Both the position numbers and the translations under genes were made by a program. A stretch of 64,000 nt of DNA from Bordetella parapertussis (lineage in GTDB: Bacteria; Pseudomonadota; Gammaproteobacteria; Burkholderiales; Burkholderiaceae_D): positions 53 through 64,052 of the forward strand of contig CAMBFZ010000019.1 of assembly GCA_945866125.1 (NCBI GenBank). Reading direction: 5' to 3'. Position 1 is the stretch's first letter; every line of letters starts with the position of its first letter. Positions 46,930 through 55,677 of this stretch are shown piece by piece. Under the pieces are notes generated by a model that saw only the letters and a list, made by a program, of their open reading frames with translations, did not search any database and had not been told where the DNA came from.

Positions 46930-48695
46930 TAGACCAGCTCCTGGGTGCCGGAGATCGGTGGCCAGAGAGTCAGGCACTCTTCACCCCGATAAATACCGAG
47001 CTGGACAAAGGAGTTGATGGTCGTGTAGAGCGCGAAAAAGCGCGCCAGTACGGCCGAAAACAAGACGGCCGAGGAGCCGGCAAAGGCATCCGCATCCAAC
47101 TCGAGCCGTACACCGGTGCCACGGCAATAGCCGCGCCATGCATCACCCTGGATGCGCCGTGTGACGCCATGGGCAGACAGACCGGTGATGCCACGTATCT
47201 GTTCGAGGTCGCGGTTATGGTCGGACGCAAACAGCGAGAGCATCTCGCGTAACTGATTGCGGCCGGTTTCGCCACTGACCAGAGAATCGTGACTCAAGGT
47301 GAGCAGCGACGCGAGCCGCCAAATGGTGTCGCCGTCTAGGGGCGGATTGCGCTGGCGCGATGGCTCGGTCACGCAGCGGATGCGCAGGCCGTTTGAAATG
47401 CCTTCGCCTTTTAATCGGGTTTGGGTACTAATCTGCTCGGCTAATCCGCGGTTGGTACACAGCGTGCGGGCATACACCACCGGTGCTGTGGGGCTGCGGC
47501 GGGTGTTGCGCTGATCCACAAAACTCAGGTGCATATCGGTGCCGGAGATATCCCTGCGCAAGCTGCGCTCGCGCCGCGCCGCCCAAAATACGCCTTCGGT
47601 TTCGTCACTGCCCTGGCCCAGAGCAGAAAACTGCGGAATGCTTTGTGGTCGGTCGCTGCCGGGATCTGACGCGGTGACCAGTTCGATCGAATGAATTTCG
47701 GTGATGGCCTCGCGGGCGCGGTCGGCCACCAGCAAAATCTCATGCTGACGATGGTCAATGAGAATCGGTTCGGTGGAACGCGGGAAAAGATTGATTGCGG
47801 CCACGCAGCCAAGCCGAAAATTCTCGGCGCTCAGCGCGCGCAGTTTGCGCGGTACGCCGCCAACATCAAAACGTAGCGTAAAACGCGAGCCCGATAATTT
47901 AGCCGCCCGCAAGCCACTAATATCAAAGAAATGAAATTTGGCCGGAAACGCAAAATATTCCTGCAGCAGGCCATAGGCCGGATGCGCGCCCGGCGCCTGG
48001 GGCAGCAACTGAAAGGCCGCATCAAAGCCGATATTTTTGCAGGATGAGGCGGGCAGGGTGTGCACTACGCCGCGCTCATTTTCAAGGTGGATTGACTTGA
48101 TTTTGGTGGCCAGACATTCATAGAGTGCACCGACCAAAGACCAGTCACCACTCAGATGTACGCGCAGCGTATCAAGCTCTAATTCGGCCAAGTCGGCATC
48201 GTGTTCAGTGGCCACGGTCAAGACCAGCTTACCGTCGTCATCGAGCAGACCTTCTTCAATGCTTAGCGGCCAGAGTGTGGTATCCCAGCCGGTGCGAAAG
48301 CGGCACTCTTCACCGGTATCCGCTTCGGCCACGACGCTGGTGTGACGCGGTATCACGAGACCGGCTGTCACTTTGCCTTGCGCCCCATCCAGGCCAAATT
48401 CGACGATGGTCATCGACGGGATCGGCGCCAGCATGGTCGGGCAGAGATTTTCTAGCAAGCCGTGGGCGACTTGCGGAAATTCGGTATCAAGATCGCGGTG
48501 TACCCGCGCTGCTAAAAAAGCGAACGATTCGATGAGTCGTTCCGTATGAGGATCTTGCGATTCGGTGCCGTGATAATCGAGTCGGCTGGCGACTTTCGGA
48601 TAGCGACGCGCGAAATTCTGCCCTTGCGAACGCAGATAGGCGAGCTCGCGGGCGTAGTAATCAAGCAGATCATTTTCTTTGGTCTTCGATTGCAT
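46929..48695 (-). CDS. tssF: Type VI secretion baseplate subunit TssF
   Basis: 588-aa ORF. LLDYYARELAYLRSQGQNFARRYPKVASRL is the canonical TssF N-terminus. Confidence 0.9.
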   Translation of the reverse strand: MQSKTKENDLLDYYARELAYLRSQGQNFARRYPKVASRLDYHGTESQDPHTERLIESFAFLAARVHRDLDTEFPQVAHGLLENLCPTMLAPIPSMTIVEFGLDGAQGKVTAGLVIPRHTSVVAEADTGEECRFRTGWDTTLWPLSIEEGLLDDDGKLVLTVATEHDADLAELELDTLRVHLSGDWSLVGALYECLATKIKSIHLENERGVVHTLPASSCKNIGFDAAFQLLPQAPGAHPAYGLLQEYFAFPAKFHFFDISGLRAAKLSGSRFTLRFDVGGVPRKLRALSAENFRLGCVAAINLFPRSTEPILIDHRQHEILLVADRAREAITEIHSIELVTASDPGSDRPQSIPQFSALGQGSDETEGVFWAARRERSLRRDISGTDMHLSFVDQRNTRRSPTAPVVYARTLCTNRGLAEQISTQTRLKGEGISNGLRIRCVTEPSRQRNPPLDGDTIWRLASLLTLSHDSLVSGETGRNQLREMLSLFASDHNRDLEQIRGITGLSAHGVTRRIQGDAWRGYCRGTGVRLELDADAFAGSSAVLFSAVLARFFALYTTINSFVQLGIYRGEECLTLWPPISGTQELV

Positions 48696-49171
48696 CAGCC
48701 TAACTCCACACTACGTTTTGCAGAAGGCTGCAGAATTTCATCGGCGGCGATGTTAAAACTAATTCGCCGGCTGGTTTTTGCGATGCGCAGATTCCCTGAA
48801 ATGGCATATTGCGCGATAAATTTACCCAATGGATTTTGCAGCAACGCGACCTCAACATCCGTCAGGCGCGGTTCAAATACCGTAATAGCTTTGGCGATCG
48901 CCTGCTGAATCACACGCCGGTCTGCCTCACTTTGAGTCGACCGCGCTGAATAGTCCGGAATACCGTAATCAAGAACGGTTAGCTCTGCATCAAAAAATGC
49001 ATCGATCGTGAGTCGCGAGCGCGAGTTGGTTAGTCTGGCAAGTTCACGCGCCACAGAGTCTTCGACGCCGCTTGCTGACAATATGTGTCCCATGCCACCA
49101 TCGGGATCGATGGCGGTCTGAGACAGTTTGTCGAAAAGAGGGATTGGCCCCCCGGGTAACAGACGCGACAT
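48695..49171 (-). CDS. tssE: Type VI secretion baseplate subunit TssE (gp25-like)
   Basis: 158-aa ORF with LTNSRSRL...VLDYGIPDYS...FEPRL motifs typical of GPW/gp25-family TssE. Confidence 0.85.
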   Translation of the reverse strand: MSRLLPGGPIPLFDKLSQTAIDPDGGMGHILSASGVEDSVARELARLTNSRSRLTIDAFFDAELTVLDYGIPDYSARSTQSEADRRVIQQAIAKAITVFEPRLTDVEVALLQNPLGKFIAQYAISGNLRIAKTSRRISFNIAADEILQPSAKRSVELG

Positions 49172-49215
49172 AGGGTGTCACCTTAAGGTGTGCCTGTATT
49201 CCCGAGGCGCTGTGA

Positions 49216-49770
49216 TTATGCAGGAAGGTTGGTCGACAAATCCCATCCGAAATCGGTACTGCCGCCAGGCATGTTGTCGAATTTCGATTGCGAGTAAGTC
49301 ACCTTGATTGCCGTGAAAGAGAGCGTGAATACATCGTATGGTAAAACACCACCGCCCTCACCGAGGTGCTTGAAGGTGGATACGATGGTATTTTCCATTT
49401 CAAAATCTAACAGATTGGCGTATTCGCCCCCAACGGTGCGACCGACATGAAACTTGGTCGTTTTTAAATTGGTCGCGGCGGCGCAGGCTGCCATCAGAGT
49501 CGGCGTCGACAAATCAGCCATTTTGGTAAACGTCATGTCTTGAAATACTGGACGACCAGCGGTTCGTTCGGTATTGGCGATGTCCCTTTGCATCGGGAGC
49601 TGCACGCCGAAGGCATAGTTCAGACAAATGATGCCCGTTTTGTCGGGGCCGCTCACGAGCAAGTTACCGTCTACGTCGGTGATATTCATGACATAGATGT
49701 CGCTCGCACTACTGCCGTTGGCTGTGGTTGGATGCAAAACGTTTAGTGGTTTTAAGTTATCAGATAGCAT
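49216..49770 (-). CDS. hcp: Type VI secretion tube protein Hcp (TssD) with a ~20-aa N-terminal extension
   Basis: 184-aa ORF. PVFQDMTFTKMADLSTPTLMAACAAATNLKTTKFHV aligns with the Hcp core (VSFQDLSFTK..D.ASP.L..AC..G). It also has VFTLSFTAIKVTY and a C-terminal DFGWDLSTN. Confidence 0.82.
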   Translation of the reverse strand: MLSDNLKPLNVLHPTTANGSSASDIYVMNITDVDGNLLVSGPDKTGIICLNYAFGVQLPMQRDIANTERTAGRPVFQDMTFTKMADLSTPTLMAACAAATNLKTTKFHVGRTVGGEYANLLDFEMENTIVSTFKHLGEGGGVLPYDVFTLSFTAIKVTYSQSKFDNMPGGSTDFGWDLSTNLPA

Positions 49771-49832
49771 GGTGAAATCTCCATTAGTCGCCCAGTGTCC
49801 GCGCGAATTAAATTAATTTAAATAGAATATGC

Positions 49833-51335
49833 TCAGCCTGCAGAGGCAGGTAATTCGGCGACCATGCGGATGGAGGCAGTGAGTTCTTCCATTTGGAAAT
49901 GTGGGCGTACAAATACGACGGCCTGATACACACCTGGTTTTCCTGGAACCTCGGAGACATCGACGCGAGCACTCGACAGCGGGAGGCGCGCTTTGGTTGC
50001 CTGAGGTGCAGCAGCGTTAAGGCAGATGTAATCAGCGAGCCAATTGTTGAGGTACGATTCGATCGAATCTTTGGTCTGGAAGCTACCAATTTTGTCGCGG
50101 ATCATCACCTTAATGTAATGCGCGAAACGCGATGCCGCCAGAATGTAAGGCAGGCGCGCGGACAGTTGCGCATTCGCGTTGGCGTTATCCTTGTTGTATA
50201 CCTTGGCTTTGTTGACCGTTTGGCCACCAAAAAATGCAGCAAAGTTCGATCCCTTGGAATTGACGACGGCGATAAAACCTAAGTCATTCAATTCTTTTTC
50301 GCGACGGTCCGTGATGACGACTTCTGTTGGGCATTTGAGCGCGATATCACCTTCATCCGTTTTGAAGGTATGCGCTGTCATGCTCTCGACTTTTCCGCCG
50401 CCCTCAACGCCGCGAATCGCGGTGGTCCAGCCATGCTTGGCAAAGGCGTCAGTAATCCGCAAGCCCAGCAGGTAGCACGAGTTACCCCACAAGTATTTGC
50501 TGTGATCCTTGCCGTCGACATCTTCTTCGTAGCTGAACTGGTCGACCGGCACGGTCATGGCGCCATACGGCAAACGGGACACGTGACGTGGCAACACCAA
50601 GCCGACATAGCGTGAATCTTCTGATTCGCGGAATGACTTCCAGGAGATCAGTTCAGCGCTGTCAAAAATCTTGGACAAATCACGCGGCGTGCCGATATCG
50701 AGGAAAGTCTTCATGTCAAACAGGGCTGGCGCTGCGGCCGAAATAAACGGTGCATGCGCGGCAGCGGCCACTTTGGAGATGCGCTCAAGGAGTGCTACAT
50801 CTTGAGGATGACGGCCAAAATAATAGTCGCCGATCAACATCGAATAAGGATGTCCGCCGAATGTGCCGTATTCCTCTTCGTAGACCTTTTTGAACAACAC
50901 GCTCATGTCGTAGTCGACGGCGGTTTCCAGATCGTTGAGCAATTCTTTCTTACTCACGCTCATGAGACGAATCTTCAAGCGCGAACTCGTTTCTGTCCCA
51001 AAAACAAAGTCATGCAGCCCGCGCCAAGAGGCTTCGAGCGCCTGGAATTCAGGGTGATGCATGATCGCATTGAGTTGTTTGGTCAACATATCGTCGATCT
51101 CGGCGACACGCTCATTGATCATCGCCACTACGCCTTTATCCGGACTGAACTTCATGTCCTGATCCAGAATTTGTGCGGCGAATTGCCCGATCATTTTCTT
51201 TGCATAAGGCGTCTGTGATGGTTCATTAACCATATTGCCGCCTTGAATAATCTGGTCCAGCAAACTTGCTGCACCCGATTGTCCGGCATTGCCTGCCGCA
51301 CCCGCTGTCGTTGTATTTTCTGCCATGTCATTCAC
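49833..51335 (-). CDS. tssC: Type VI secretion sheath large subunit TssC (VipB)
   Basis: 500-aa ORF of canonical size, positioned after tssB, with sheath motifs such as HPEFQALEASWRGL. Confidence 0.92.
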   Translation of the reverse strand: MNDMAENTTTAGAAGNAGQSGAASLLDQIIQGGNMVNEPSQTPYAKKMIGQFAAQILDQDMKFSPDKGVVAMINERVAEIDDMLTKQLNAIMHHPEFQALEASWRGLHDFVFGTETSSRLKIRLMSVSKKELLNDLETAVDYDMSVLFKKVYEEEYGTFGGHPYSMLIGDYYFGRHPQDVALLERISKVAAAAHAPFISAAAPALFDMKTFLDIGTPRDLSKIFDSAELISWKSFRESEDSRYVGLVLPRHVSRLPYGAMTVPVDQFSYEEDVDGKDHSKYLWGNSCYLLGLRITDAFAKHGWTTAIRGVEGGGKVESMTAHTFKTDEGDIALKCPTEVVITDRREKELNDLGFIAVVNSKGSNFAAFFGGQTVNKAKVYNKDNANANAQLSARLPYILAASRFAHYIKVMIRDKIGSFQTKDSIESYLNNWLADYICLNAAAPQATKARLPLSSARVDVSEVPGKPGVYQAVVFVRPHFQMEELTASIRMVAELPASAG

Positions 51336-51365
51336 CGTAGGTAAGGTTCGAGGAGCTGTCCGGGA

Positions 51366-51947
51366 TTAAGCGTCGGCCGGGGGAGTTGGCTCGGGAGCGG
51401 CCGCTGCTGGCGCTTCCGCTGCTGGTGCTGCTGCCGCTGGAGCCGCTTCGGCGGTGCCGGAAGTTGCTGCAGTTCGGACTTCCTTGAGTCCTTCGGTATT
51501 GCCGACGACGTTGGCGAGCAGGCCGCCAAGTTCATCATTACCGTCAAGCTTCGAGAGCAAATCGCGCAGCTCAAGACGTGCTTCAAGCAATTTCTTTAAG
51601 CGGGGAACTTGGTCAACGATGGCTTCTGGATGAAAATCAGCGAATTTTTTGAAATTCAGCTCGACCTTCAAATTACCGTCACCCTTCATCGTGTCAGCCA
51701 CGCTCATGTCCAGACGAGGAGCGAGCTTGCCCATGATTTCGTCAAAATTGTCGCGGTCAATCTCGACAAAGCGGCGGTCTTTCAGTTTGATCGGCGCCGC
51801 GGCCGGCTTGCCAAGCAAGTCAGCCATCACGCCAACGACGAGCGGCAGCTCTTTTTTCTCTACTGCATCGCCAATTTCAACGTCATATGTAATTTGAACC
51901 CGTGGTGGTCGGTTTCTTCCTACCCACTTTTGCAGACTATCAGCCAT
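51366..51947 (-). CDS. tssB: Type VI secretion sheath small subunit TssB (VipA) with an Ala/Pro-rich C-terminal tail
   Basis: MADSLQKWVGRNRPPRVQITYDVEIGDAVEKKELPLVVGVMADL is a canonical TssB N-terminus. The last ~35 aa read TAATSGTAEAAPAAAAPAAEAPAAAAPEPTPPADA. Confidence 0.9.
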   Translation of the reverse strand: MADSLQKWVGRNRPPRVQITYDVEIGDAVEKKELPLVVGVMADLLGKPAAAPIKLKDRRFVEIDRDNFDEIMGKLAPRLDMSVADTMKGDGNLKVELNFKKFADFHPEAIVDQVPRLKKLLEARLELRDLLSKLDGNDELGGLLANVVGNTEGLKEVRTAATSGTAEAAPAAAAPAAEAPAAAAPEPTPPADA

Positions 51948-52035
51948 TGATCGGTACCCCCTGAAAACAAACTGGTTTGAACAGGGTCCGATTTCCTAGA
52001 CCCGAGATTTTATTGCTTGAACGAAAGATTAACTC

Positions 52036-52047
52036 ATACTTTAGTAT
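52036..52047. promoter_or_regulatory. 12-bp palindrome ATACTTTAGTAT about 90 bp upstream of tssB
   Basis: It is a perfect ATACT-TT-AGTAT inverted repeat in the AT-rich tssB leader. Near-identical sites occur at 52782, 63688 and 63754. Confidence 0.55.
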
Positions 52048-52118
52048 TAAATCAAGGTTTTTTTAAAACTAAGTGAATATTTATTGCAAACGCCTGTTTT
52101 GAGAGCGGGCGCGCGCGC

Positions 52119-52748
52119 TCAGCAGAGTTTATTGAGCAGCTTTTCCGCCATCACGGTTGCCAGACGGCTGCGCATGCGGGTCACGCTCAATCGCTCCTGT
52201 TCCAGCTTGGCCACGCTATGAATCTGGTCGATCAGACGCAGTTTTGCCTTGTCAATCGATTGCTGCGTAAGCTTCAACTCGGCCCGTAACTCTTCGCGTC
52301 TGACGATTTTTGATGACATATCATGCAGCGCATCGGTGATGATGTGCCAGGGACTTGTCGCGCTGTCCGGCAAGCCTTCTTGTAGCTGGGAGAACAGTAG
52401 GTTGAGGTTTTCCCCCAGTTCGGCGATGGATTCGACAGAAAATGGCTGGGTGCTGTCCTCGGCAATAGACGATACGGCCAGGTCGATTAACTGGTTGGTT
52501 TCGGCAACGCGGCGGGCTAAGTCTTCAAATCCGGCCGGCATTTTGTCGAATAAATCCTCGCCCGAGATGCGCTCATCAATGCGAGTTGTGTCCAATTGCA
52601 GGGACTCATGGGATCGGGCTTCGCGCGTCTCAGGACGATGAAAGCTGCGACCAAACGGGTTGTCCTGCCTGGCTGGCGGATTGGTGCGGGCGCGAAATCC
52701 GTCTTCCGCTGATCCGTCGTCGCCGGGAGGGCTCGGTGGCTTTTGCAT
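52119..52748 (-). CDS. Hypothetical soluble protein with a disordered N-terminus and coiled-coil C-terminus
   Basis: 209-aa ORF (MQKPPSPPGDDGS...) with no TM segment and no recognised domain. It lies immediately upstream of the T6SS operon, in the same orientation. Confidence 0.5.
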   Translation of the reverse strand: MQKPPSPPGDDGSAEDGFRARTNPPARQDNPFGRSFHRPETREARSHESLQLDTTRIDERISGEDLFDKMPAGFEDLARRVAETNQLIDLAVSSIAEDSTQPFSVESIAELGENLNLLFSQLQEGLPDSATSPWHIITDALHDMSSKIVRREELRAELKLTQQSIDKAKLRLIDQIHSVAKLEQERLSVTRMRSRLATVMAEKLLNKLC

Positions 52749-52781
52749 TTTTTTTACTCCTTTGGTATCACCGGAGAAATC

Positions 52782-52793
52782 ACACTAAAGTAT
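52782..52793. promoter_or_regulatory. Palindrome variant ACACTAAAGTAT in the divergent promoter between the 52119..52748 gene and the histidine kinase
   Basis: It has one mismatch to ATACTAAAGTAT and lies ~35-45 bp upstream of the ATG at 52748. Confidence 0.5.
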
Positions 52794-52888
52794 AATTCAA
52801 AAAAATTCTGCAATGAAACTTTATTAATGTCCGGACCTGCATTGGGCCAGATAATCCGGATATAAACGATTCGCGGGGGGAGCAATTC

Positions 52889-54670
52889 GTGCCTGATAAC
52901 GCCAGCGGCAACCCGTCTTTCCTGGTACTCGCTAGCCTGAGTCTGGCCGGTATGCTGGTCGTATTTCCGCACGCGGCGCAGGCGCCGCTGTCGCCTTACG
53001 GGCTGGCTTGGCTGGGCAGTTTGATTGTGTTGGGGGCGGAGCAGTTATTTCGGAGTTGGCGCTGGTCTGAGCAGGGCCGGTTTCCAGTCGATGATTTGCT
53101 GTTGGTGCTGACTGCTGTGCTGTGGTCTATCGGCTTTGCTTTTGGCTGGCAGGTGGCGCCAGCGGGGCTGCAAATTGCGATGACGGTGGCGATTGCTGCG
53201 TTGGTGCTGGTGATGGCGGCGACGTATTACGCCAGGCGCTGGGCTTGTCTGACGGCGATTGCTTTGCTGGGTTTGCCGTGTGCACTTGTTGTGTTGGCGG
53301 CTCCGGGTAGCTTGCCGTTTATGGGAGTGGCGCTGACTATTCTGAGCGCGCTGTGCATGGTGGTGGTAGCCCGTTTCTCACGCTGGATAGATCGCGATGC
53401 GGAAGCGCGGGGCCGTGTTGCAGGTTTGCTTGAACAGGTTGCGCAGCGCAGGCTTGAGTTGCAAGAGGCCGAGATTAACCGTTCGCGTTTTCTTGCCTCG
53501 ATCAGTCACGATCTGCGTCAGCCCATGCATGCCATCAATCTCTATATCGGTAGCATCGAACGTAGTTTGCTCTCGGCACAGCAGGCCTCTGACGAGCGGC
53601 TTCGGGCGTCGGAGAGTGTGCTGCGCTTGAAGCAGAGCGTGGGCTACATGAATGATATTTTCGACAGCCTGCTCGATGTGAGTCAGCTCGATACGGGTGT
53701 GGTGCGGGTCTCGCTGGATCGCGTGCAGGCGCTGCCGTTTTGCAAGCGTTTGCTTGAACAATTTACCCGCACGGCTGAGGAACTCGGGATACGCATTGAG
53801 CTGTGTGGCGAGGGCGCGGAGCAGATTTTTCTGCAGACTGACACGCGTCTGCTAGAGCGGATTGTGCGCAATTTCCTTAGCAATGCGTTGCGCTATACGC
53901 GCAAGGGCGGCATTCGTTTGCGACTACGTGTGCGCGATGGGGTATGCCGCATCTCGGTAGTGGATACCGGTGTCGGTATTCCGATTGCGATGAAGAAAAA
54001 AATCTTTGATGAGTTTATGCGTCTGGATCAATCCGCCAGTTCGCTGGGCTCCAAGGGTGTGGGACTGGGGCTGTCCATTGCCAGAAGACTAGCCGCAAGG
54101 ATTGGCGCGCACATCTCGCTGCATAGTTATGTCGGAATGGGTTCGGTGTTTGCCGTTGATGTGCCGCTGTCGACCAAGCGGCCTTCGCTGCAAGAGCGGC
54201 ATGCGCTACGCGAAGAGCGAATTTTGCAGGCGGTACTGCCCAATATTACGATGAGCCACGCCGAGGACACGCTGCTTGTTTGTCTAGAGACGGATCCGGA
54301 TATCAGTAATGCGATGTCGCTACTGGCACCGGCTTTGGGTCTGCGTTTATTGGTGGCCACCTCAAGCGCCGCCGTCATCGCGGAGCTGGGCCGGTTGCAC
54401 CGGATTCCGGATTTACTTTTGATTGATAGTCAGCTGCCAAGCGAGACTGCACTGCAGGCCTTGGCCAGTATTAATGATGAATTCAACCTCGACATCCCGG
54501 CTATTGTGCTCAGCTCTGATATGTCGATGGAGCTGGCAACGCTGGACAGGTGCTTGCCGGTGACGGTGCTGCAAAAACCGTTTTCGTCGGATCGGCTGCA
54601 TGAGGCGATTAATGCCGGGCTGTCAAAATCCAAGGAACAGAGGGCACAACTGCGGCTGGGGGATTTTTAA
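52889..54670 (+). CDS. Membrane-bound hybrid sensor histidine kinase (HisKA, HATPase and a C-terminal receiver-like domain)
   Basis: 593-aa ORF (GTG start, uncertain) with ~5-6 N-terminal TM helices. It has the H-box SRFLASISHDLRQPMHAI, N/G boxes (RNFLSNALRYT, DTGVGIP, GVGLGLSI), and a C-terminal REC-like fold with LLLIDSQLP. Confidence 0.82.
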   Translation: MPDNASGNPSFLVLASLSLAGMLVVFPHAAQAPLSPYGLAWLGSLIVLGAEQLFRSWRWSEQGRFPVDDLLLVLTAVLWSIGFAFGWQVAPAGLQIAMTVAIAALVLVMAATYYARRWACLTAIALLGLPCALVVLAAPGSLPFMGVALTILSALCMVVVARFSRWIDRDAEARGRVAGLLEQVAQRRLELQEAEINRSRFLASISHDLRQPMHAINLYIGSIERSLLSAQQASDERLRASESVLRLKQSVGYMNDIFDSLLDVSQLDTGVVRVSLDRVQALPFCKRLLEQFTRTAEELGIRIELCGEGAEQIFLQTDTRLLERIVRNFLSNALRYTRKGGIRLRLRVRDGVCRISVVDTGVGIPIAMKKKIFDEFMRLDQSASSLGSKGVGLGLSIARRLAARIGAHISLHSYVGMGSVFAVDVPLSTKRPSLQERHALREERILQAVLPNITMSHAEDTLLVCLETDPDISNAMSLLAPALGLRLLVATSSAAVIAELGRLHRIPDLLLIDSQLPSETALQALASINDEFNLDIPAIVLSSDMSMELATLDRCLPVTVLQKPFSSDRLHEAINAGLSKSKEQRAQLRLGDF

Positions 54671-54757
54671 GCAGCACAACAAAGTCCTCTAGCGAGGCCT
54701 CGCCAAGTATGCGGCGCCGCTGACCAGGCTGTTTGGTCTGGTTAATCTGGTGCTGGC

Positions 54758-55441
54758 TACATGGCGATTGATGGCCGGTCATGCCCAAGATGCGTGCTGA
54801 AAACGGGGTAAGGCGCAATAACTGCACAAAGCGCTCGAATTGGCCATGTCGAGACATCGGTTAAAAGAAAATGGTCAAAAAATTGGACGACTGAACAGGC
54901 GTCCCAATATTAAGCAACTGGAAAAGCGTTCAGCAACGGCGTTGTCGTGGCAGTTACCACGTTGGCTCATGCTTGGCTGCTGATTGTGTATCTTCAAAAA
55001 CGCTTGCCAATCATAGCTGCTGAATTGACTGCCCTGATCGGCTGCACCACGACGGTAGATTGAGGCTGAGGACGCTACACGGCCATCAGCAGGGCGTTGA
55101 TGGCGAAATCGCGGTCGATGCGCGGTCCCATCGTCCAGCCAGTCACCTGACGCGAGAATAAATCAAAAACGGCAGACAGGAATAGCCAGCCTTCGTGCGT
55201 CCGAATATAGGTGCTGTTCTTGATCCAGGCCCGATTGGGCTGCTTCACATCAAATTGTCGCTGCAGGTGGCTCGGCGCCATGACGGCAGCTCCAGCCAAG
55301 GGTAATAGCCGCTGGGATGAAACACCATCATCTTGCAGAGACGCCGCATTTCCCGGGACGATTCAGATTTTGTCACGGCGCTGACCGCATCCAGCGCTCA
55401 AGTAGCCTGTTCGACGCGGCCATTATAAGAAAATGGCCCAA
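54758..55441 (-). mobile_element. Degraded IS3-family transposase (orfB) remnant with frameshifts, stops and an internal deletion
   Basis: Minus-strand fragments read ...RRLCKMMVFHPSGYYPWLELPS.., HLQRQFDVKQPNRAWIKNSTYIRTHEGWLFLSAVFDLFSRQVTGWTMG, ..DQGSQFSSYDWQAFLKIHNQQPSMSQRGNCHDNAVAERF.., and a decayed ...YPVFSTHLG tail. orfA is absent, as are ~85 aa between the SGYY and HLQRQF blocks. Confidence 0.8.
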
Positions 55442-55677
55442 AAACCGACCAACGTATAAGAGCTTGCGCAAAACAGTGCGTAAAATTGATTGGTGCACTT
55501 CCTTGGCTTGTAATCACTCATTATTTATTTTGTCCATGTTTAAGATGTTTTAACGACAGTTAAAATCGTGTAATGTATGGCCACTGCGAGATATGAACAA
55601 GTTTTACTGTCGACTAAGATCCAATCTAAGTAGTTATCTATCCAATAACATTGAATAATTTAAAAGAGGCGTCCGCA

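Noticed and set aside
49808-49821. Perfect AT-only palindrome TTAAATTAATTTAA between tssC and hcp
   Set aside because: It is real in the sequence, but an all-A/T 14-mer in an AT-rich intergenic spacer is weak evidence for a functional hairpin or operator. I noted it only as a possible processing site.
54609-54857. 82-aa minus-strand ORF overlapping the 3' end of the histidine kinase gene
   Set aside because: It is partly a frame artefact of the decayed IS3 orfB tail and partly antisense to the kinase, so it is not an independent gene.
54864-55441. Two similar 14-18-nt strings on the minus strand (TGACCATTTTCTTTTAAC at 54881-54864 and TGGGCCATTTTCTTATAA at 55441-55424), considered as IS terminal repeats
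   Set aside because: They are in direct rather than inverted orientation, and the first lies inside what still reads as decayed orfB coding sequence. I could not establish true IS ends, so only the transposase remnant is reported.
55317-55553. 78-aa plus-strand ORF next to or overlapping the IS3 remnant
   Set aside because: It overlaps the opposite strand of recognisable transposase-derived sequence and continues into AT-rich non-coding DNA, with no motif or SD.
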